The notes under the pieces are model-generated. The model was not told where the DNA came from, did no database searches, and was given only the letters and a program-made list of their open reading frames with translations. Of a stretch of DNA of 64,000 nt, positions 60,001 to 64,000 are shown one piece after another; position 1 is the first letter of the stretch, and the number at the start of each line of letters is the position of its first letter. Source of the DNA: Candidatus Iainarchaeum sp. (GTDB taxonomy: Archaea; Iainarchaeota; Iainarchaeia; Iainarchaeales; VGJJ01); the NCBI GenBank assembly GCA_016699555.1, contig CP064981.1, positions 27,456 to 91,455 on the forward strand. The letters are read 5' to 3'. Position numbers and translations under genes: made by a program.

Positions 60001-61214
60001 TTGGAGCTCCCCGAATTGATGTCGGCTCGATTCCCATACACGTCACCCGAAAACTCGCTGGAGGTATTGGAAAAAATACCATGCGCTCGGTCAAGGGTCA
60101 GATCATTATTGTACACGTCCCCCGTATACACTCCGCTCTGGAATCGCAGCCATTGGGCAGCAAGAGTAAGGACGGCGTTGTTATCGTACACGTCCCCCGA
60201 ATAGTCTGCATTCATGCGAATTCCAAAATACGTGGAGGCTGTTCCATTGGCATTTACATCGAAATAGTTATTGTAAAAGTCCCCAGTCGACGCCACACTT
60301 GTGGCGGAAAAAACCCCGCTCGCGAGGAAGGCAGTGACGTTATTGTCATAGTAGTCCCCATTGAAGGCCGCAGAGGTATTGAGGTACAGTCCGTATGCGC
60401 CGCGCTGTGGAGTGAAATTGTTATCGTGAATGGCGCCCGTAAACGTGCCGTCGATACGGACCCCATAATACCCACCCGCGGTCGCGTTGGCATTGACATC
60501 AAAAAGGTTGTGGTAAATGTCAGCGGAAGTATCCGCACTCAATTGAAGCGCGGCGGCGGTGGCGGTCCTCCGCCCAAAATAACTAAAATTCGAATCGTGA
60601 ACGCTTCCCACGTTCAAATCCAACTGCACCCCGATGGTGGCGTATAACACTTTCAAATGAGAAAAAGAATCGGTGCTGCCGTTTCCTGCGCTTGATGTGA
60701 GGTAAAACGCGACATTATAATCCTGATTACCCGCTGTGCCGGAACAACCCGAGACTGTGCTCGTGTCCACTCCATACGTTTGATCCCGACATGAAGTGAA
60801 AATAATTTTATTAGAAGCGGTACCATTCGCCGAAAGAACGGCTCCGCTCGTGACATGAATTCCGGAAGAGGTTGAGTTCGTGTACTTGACCACGGTACCG
60901 GGAGCAATGTTCAAATCCACGTCCATGCCGGAAAAAATCACCGCGCCGGAAATAACATAGGTATTGGCATCGATGAAATTGGCATCCGACGAAATGGTTC
61001 CCGAGACCACACACACATTGTTGGTATCCCCACACGCAATAGCAGCAAAAACGGGCGAGGAAAGCAGAAAAAGGGAGAATATAGCCCCAAATAGGAAAAA
61101 ATATCGCCCACTACTAAGGGGTATTCGCGACGAGGCTTGGGCAAGGGCAATTATCGAAAACATGATCGGACAAAACCAAAAAAGCTTTTGACAGTGGGGA
61201 CCCATTTGAAGCAT
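54024..61214 (-). CDS. Giant (2396 aa) cell-surface protein dominated by parallel beta-helix-like repeats, with Gly-rich linker, C-terminal TM anchor and cytoplasmic coiled-coil tail
   Basis: Signal peptide; dozens of degenerate about 22-aa units (F[ST]GxxxDNNF / YYGxRxD / GDxYNN); poly-Gly GGGGGGGGGGGGSGSSSS; TM VIIVVMFLGSLYL near the C-terminus. Confidence 0.7.
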   Translation of the reverse strand: MLQMGPHCQKLFWFCPIMFSIIALAQASSRIPLSSGRYFFLFGAIFSLFLLSSPVFAAIACGDTNNVCVVSGTISSDANFIDANTYVISGAVIFSGMDVDLNIAPGTVVKYTNSTSSGIHVTSGAVLSANGTASNKIIFTSCRDQTYGVDTSTVSGCSGTAGNQDYNVAFYLTSSAGNGSTDSFSHLKVLYATIGVQLDLNVGSVHDSNFSYFGRRTATAAALQLSADTSADIYHNLFDVNANATAGGYYGVRIDGTFTGAIHDNNFTPQRGAYGLYLNTSAAFNGDYYDNNVTAFLASGVFSATSVASTGDFYNNYFDVNANGTASTYFGIRMNADYSGDVYDNNAVLTLAAQWLRFQSGVYTGDVYNNDLTLDRAHGIFSNTSSEFSGDVYGNRADINSGSSNYAFLYLTGNYSGGVHDNNILLKQTGYGIFNLAGTFSGSVTDNNFTLDRAYAIYHAPATVFSGDINGNDFTSFTTLTASYAFNLQLTGSEFTGSICNNTMHDAWNMRFVNITAGTFSGQICGNTWSDINYTAANYIIFNAGTFSGTIHDNNLSGFNRSIASYFLYNSSTFSGDFYNNSISDVNSTAASYLMYTITGTYSGSVHDNNFSRMTGLAYGFSVASGIFSGDIYRNNFTDFNTTVNYAAIYNNASFTGNIYDNNFSRNINNRAFFQSTSGSFTGSFHDNVMDDLNSYSASQVIYMAGLSSGDFYNNRFSNIGTMTSLYYTNSTGTFSGAVYNNLFSTNYTNTNFIQNASGTFSGSVYNNTFTDFNRSTSIAILNSGTFSGNVQRNIFQTGRTALSGTFTGSISNNAFQGITTIGGTSAQHEGDQNVETGFVNNPFIGDNSDRNFLLNTDANGGQLLVGAGGVDVNSFYQSKTTRLSNQLDSGLIDMGFHYDQNAPYVVVVFPNGGETVGGVTSVDFNFESGYGSLSDLNVDINYSSSLGGGTPILSGLLSSATCAGGPVYSCSYPWDASDVVDGNYFILLRGLDSNGGETDASDANFFLLSSPRVWVKTYSNSSPRSFFGSGEDVNIVIDGNVVAPHLTIVDSDGNVLVNLATMTDVSTSDVNRHQYTYSVNGSIGWYSIQVSNKWHYNVFYRSPVWRDGYTDADGEVYPFRFSVTVQEPNVLPRWFWPADVAFDFNFQASSSSVRVLDFNGTNYLEIPSQLYDTNLVNGNLVSGRGVFLVSSDKGEGRTFYVNYSPNDVNAQYSPDLNLGVSGYKYTFQNSLLSSELDINYGGMVSRLWNRLGTNTNVGGNNPLQLSPESKSGIFTYSSYGVTGPSFSLDVNGGLFSKFSVGGTSGSLDYNLTYYFYAKQPFFLIDTNVSPTQSQSWSYLYDDYVALADGNFTNFGYFKNNVFTPSSVTDGAGSGVSSMGDINYWGVYSPANGDGVGTVFINRSDNPSPVIASNFYDQSDYEYWTRQLYSGSVSNEDQFNSRVARAPFNAWSGASDLNMIFFSLKNPGSFSVSSTSANDAISPVILSSGRTPSDVNDDLDVNVWAVVGDNLQLNYVDINILGPDLNVQVRQSFSDTNATPNYVVDANAMNAGTVDVNVHVFDIASNDAFTSFQFSVGDVTPPDAWGVSISPDTNAGIDPGKWVDFDVNVTEYTGLSQVDLQVRWFYDENSSWSDWNSISMSLVSQPTDYNYEYDYNYFIPSDLNKIFEYRIYALDTQGNDSNSSSATFFAYTDYSWSFSPSSFGSLSGSLDTNVVVGDINIVNTGDLALTFSVTSNWDPTSKIFYNNTPQGDGYSIVVNPDSNGLLYTLVNTKSVERSDGLTITADPSEAQASPSSATSSGTIISLAGGPFLNVTIPTYPLFVTQGDDNKQFIAKITNQGNSDGNNVELTWTLPSGWSIISGTQSVSTAILGVNSILTNSITVSIADDATAGDQSVIATGTCCGDDNKTRSTSISIEVVEAGGGSSGSSSSTTTTASGGGGGGGGGGGGSGSSSSLGGGGIFSNSEDASNFFKSSQEEFELLRGQNSVFEVIITNPFEDKSLQNINVTVEGLLSKYLSVTPRYLGDFAPSEEKKLRVEISSPSYFTSGRHELTFTIDGVLVGKKWLRPKAFQEERVIILQIREVTKGMAVNLLAETKTILADMNARGWEISPLVKLQKQAQILFDEKAYEDMAVLTEKIKSQYQFAQSVSEKLAALQKGIDQAKEDGLEVPKTLRLITLTEQSFNRGEFDQAAQRIADAENVFLLETKGAINITAFVIKNAKPLTATGFVIIVVMFLGSLYLRHALLGRRIKALKSEQDLLLSLIKNAQNDCFVLGKLSINDYHETASHFEGRLSRVVEKGIQLENQRNNLLKFKTRSAKLRDERERIIEEIKGTQESYFNKGDTETRIYDTKMKSLNSRFSQIEKDIMVSEAKRVLRTTNGLLRGLWQIYYKVLK

Positions 61215-61323
61215 TTAAAGATGCGCTTTCAAACTCATACGCGCAAACACCCAGAAAGGCAAAGAATCGACCCCGACCAACATCGCACTGCTGAATACGG
61301 CAAAGAAATAACGCGCAATCTGC

Positions 61324-62610
61324 TCACTTGAAGAAATCCAATATGCGCTTCTGGTGCTGCACGCGATCCAAGAGCTTGGAGTTCTTCTTCCATACATCGA
61401 TGGGAATGGATAGTTTCGTCGCGAGATGCGCCAACGCCGCGTCCAACGAATCGAATTCTTTTTTCTCGGATTGCATGGCATTCCGCACGTTTTGGCGGCA
61501 TTGCCAGACGCCCATGGGTTGCTGATAGCCGGGACCGATTTCCCTGAATATGACGCACGCCGCCTGCTTGCGCTGCGCGTGGAGGTATTCCACTACCGCC
61601 AGGCGCGTGGCATAATATCCTCCCGCGACGTTCTCGGCATAATTCTTTCTTCCTTCGTAGAATTCATGATCGCAACTCATGTGCACACCTTTCATCTCTT
61701 TCGACCAAAAACCTCCGGGGCGATAGGCTTCCATGATATCGAAGCTCCACTCGCGCGGCAGCAAGAGGACGAAAAAGTGATTATCGAGATAATGCGATTC
61801 GAACACGTGGAATTGATCGATGCTCGGGAAGTCTTTGAGCGCTTCGATCTCCTGCTTGCCGATCGTATCGTCCACTGCCGTAATGGCCCAGCGCGTCGGC
61901 ACGAGTTTGCGATTATCTTTTTCTCCCAGCGTTCCGACGGATAAGAGCTTGTACAGATGATGCACCGGAATCTCGTCCGCGTACAACTCATTCATCGCCG
62001 TGGCCGCTTTCGCGTGGGTGTCGCTCACGAGGTAATCCACTTTCTGCGGAATCTTAGGATTCTCCTGCAACGCCAATGATTTCAGCGGCGCCTGCGGACC
62101 CATGGGAGGAGCGGCATCCGTGAAATGCAATTCCGCTTGGGGTTTTTTTGTTAATTCTATTGCGACATCCAACTTTTTCACGGACATCGCGATCTCTTGC
62201 ACTTGCTGCAATTCCTTTCCGGGATCCTTTGCGGCATGGATAGAAACGGGAATGTTGCTCCGCACGAGTTGGGTGCGATACCCCACGAGCGTCTCAAGAG
62301 GAGTACCGAACCAGCGCTCGGGATTATCCAAAAGGTCGGCGTCTTCCGAAAAATACGTGGGAGCCATCGGGGCCATCTTGACTTTGGGATACCCATAATG
62401 CGAAACGAAAACGGAAGGAGGAGAACTCCCAGCGAACGATTTTTCATTGATCTGTTGGAGGGACTGCTGCTTGGTCTGGTGCTTCTCGAGGATCCAGCAA
62501 ATGGGACCGCACCATAAACGACCACGACACTTCACACAGGTCTCGGGAGAAGGTTTGACATCGCTACTGGGCGCGCTCGTGGGAAGGGGATGCATAGCAT
62601 ATACCGCCAA
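61324..62610 (-). CDS. nreA: NreA-like archaeal DNA-repair protein with C-terminal PCNA-interacting (PIP) box
   Basis: N-terminal CxxC...C zinc-like cluster (CVKCRGRLWCGPIC); extreme C-terminus QKRILDFFK fits the Qxx[ILM]xx[FY][FY] PIP consensus; about 430 aa. Confidence 0.5.
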   Translation of the reverse strand: MAVYAMHPLPTSAPSSDVKPSPETCVKCRGRLWCGPICWILEKHQTKQQSLQQINEKSFAGSSPPSVFVSHYGYPKVKMAPMAPTYFSEDADLLDNPERWFGTPLETLVGYRTQLVRSNIPVSIHAAKDPGKELQQVQEIAMSVKKLDVAIELTKKPQAELHFTDAAPPMGPQAPLKSLALQENPKIPQKVDYLVSDTHAKAATAMNELYADEIPVHHLYKLLSVGTLGEKDNRKLVPTRWAITAVDDTIGKQEIEALKDFPSIDQFHVFESHYLDNHFFVLLLPREWSFDIMEAYRPGGFWSKEMKGVHMSCDHEFYEGRKNYAENVAGGYYATRLAVVEYLHAQRKQAACVIFREIGPGYQQPMGVWQCRQNVRNAMQSEKKEFDSLDAALAHLATKLSIPIDVWKKNSKLLDRVQHQKRILDFFK

Positions 62611-63291
62611 AAGCGTTATTTAATAGGAAATGCAACTAAGGGTGTGGAACCAAAAAAGAAACCAATCGGGATCGGCGCACTCTATCGCACAGCACTGCGC
62701 GAACTCCCGTCATATCGAGAGCGCAATGCACGCGTCATCCAAGCACTCGCTAATCCCACGCAAGCGACATCGCGCGCATTATGGAATAACTATGCCATCG
62801 TCACTTCTTACCGCGCCGCACGGAGATTCGTGCAACGCTACGAGATCCACCGCCAAAACTTCAAAGATCTATTCAGCGCGACGCTGGCGCGATCTATCGA
62901 ACTATTTCCTGTACTCGCACGACGCCATGCACGCGAACCGATTCAGCACGTATCAGGAGCGTATTTCCCTTATGTCGTGAATGCCCTAAAAGTGGAGGCA
63001 CGTAAATTGAAACCATATCGCCAGATGAAGGAGCGCGCCCCAAAGAAAGTAGGCGTGATTGAAGATCACGTGCACGGCGTCTTGGAAGAGATTCCATTAC
63101 GGAAGCGCCTGATGGTCGAAGCCTATTACCTACACGGGCTCAATACCACTGAAATCGGACGCCTGATGGACATGACGCCCGGCAGCGTACACACTACCCT
63201 CTGGAGGATTCGTAAAGAACTGCGCAAAAAAATGCGCGTCATTGAACCGCGTAAAACCCTCCGAAGGACCATCCGCGGAAGGCGCCGATAG
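62590..63291 (+). CDS. Second protein with sigma-70 region-4-like C-terminal HTH (ECF-like)
   Basis: LRKRLMVEAYYLHGLNTTEIGRLMDMTPGSVHTTLWRIRKELRKKM resembles sigma-70 region 4.2. Confidence 0.45.
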   Translation: MHSIYRQKRYLIGNATKGVEPKKKPIGIGALYRTALRELPSYRERNARVIQALANPTQATSRALWNNYAIVTSYRAARRFVQRYEIHRQNFKDLFSATLARSIELFPVLARRHAREPIQHVSGAYFPYVVNALKVEARKLKPYRQMKERAPKKVGVIEDHVHGVLEEIPLRKRLMVEAYYLHGLNTTEIGRLMDMTPGSVHTTLWRIRKELRKKMRVIEPRKTLRRTIRGRRR

Positions 63292-63335
63292 CTTGCACGG
63301 TATCGCATTAAAACCCTCCCATGCAAGAAATAGCC

Positions 63336-64000
63336 TATGATTGGCCAAAACGTCACGCTCACGCTGCCCGACGGCAAGCAATTGGAAGTAGCGCACGGCT
63401 CTACGGTACTTGATGCTATTGGGAAAATTGGAAAAAAACTCCAAGAAGCCGCCATTTCAGCCTCTCTCGACGGGAAAGAAGTCGATTTGACGCACAAAGT
63501 CGAAAAAGACGCCAAGCTCGTCGTGCACACATTCGCGAGCGCGGAAGGAAAAGAAACGTACTGGCATTCGACTTCGCACTTGATGGCCTACGCCATTACC
63601 GAGCTATACCCCGGCGCCCAATTCGGCGTCGGCCCCGCCATTGATGAAGGATTCTTCTACGATGTCGATTACGAACTGAACTTTACGCCTGAAGACTTGG
63701 TCAAAATCGAAAATAAGATGAAAGAACTCGCACAAAAGAATTTTCCTGTCATCCGACACGAATGGCCCAAGCAAAAGGCTATTGAATTCTTCAAGCAAAA
63801 TAAGCAACACTACAAAGCGGAATTGATCCAAGAGATCCCGGATGCGAGCGTTTCCGTCTATGAAGAGGGTGCGTTCAGCGACCTGTGCACCGGCCCCCAT
63901 GTCACGAGCACGGGAAAAATTGTCGCCATCAAACTCCTCAAGCTCGCAGGGGCGTATTGGAAAGGGGACGCCAAGAACAAGCAGCTCCAACGCATCTATG
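63336..64000 (+). CDS. thrS: Threonyl-tRNA synthetase, N-terminal part (runs off window)
   Basis: Manual translation MIGQNVTLTLPDGKQLEVAHGSTVLDAIGKI...WHSTSHLMAYAITELYPGAQFGVGPAIDEGFFYDVD is the TGS plus second-domain signature of ThrRS. Not in the ORF track because it is unterminated. Confidence 0.7.

Noticed and set aside
54024-61214. Internal periodic repeats in the giant gene as a possible CRISPR or tandem-repeat array
   Set aside because: The repeats are degenerate at the DNA level and in-frame coding (beta-helix units), not identical direct repeats with unique spacers.

Overview
This 64 kb window is an archaeal chromosomal segment of roughly 55% GC (judged by eye), carrying a low-GC island of about 10.4 kb that I read as a casposon. 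The archaeal signature is clear: DnaG primase, Hjc resolvase, RFC small subunit, RpoK, S17e, aEF-1beta, Pth2, Pelota, ABCE1, class-I CCA-adding enzyme, Elp3, HerA/NurA/Rad50 and an NreA-like protein, plus archaeal type IV pilus-like machinery and secreted proteins. The island (24253..34626) sits immediately 3' of a tRNA-Arg(TCG) gene. It has perfect 32-bp terminal inverted repeats (TIRs) flanked by an identical 14-bp direct repeat (a target-site duplication, TSD). It encodes a Cas1-family casposase, a family-B DNA polymerase with exonuclease motifs and motifs A-C, an HNH nuclease, RHH/HTH regulators, and cargo genes including a HEPN-like and a Toprim-like protein. There is no CRISPR array. Secondary observations are listed below. 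Two conserved genes (ABCE1 and a P-loop COG2403/DUF1611-like gene) each carry a single-nucleotide homopolymer frameshift that looks like a sequencing artefact. Two proteins have a bacterial sigma-70 region-4-like C-terminus despite the archaeal context. A 2396-aa beta-helix surface protein has a similarly built partner. A 479-aa protein carries a tandem PPGWxH repeat. A MazG-ASCH fusion is translationally coupled to HerA. There is a VapBC pair and an EppA-type pilin-like adhesin. Limitation: all calls are from reading the translations and sequence by eye, with no database searches.
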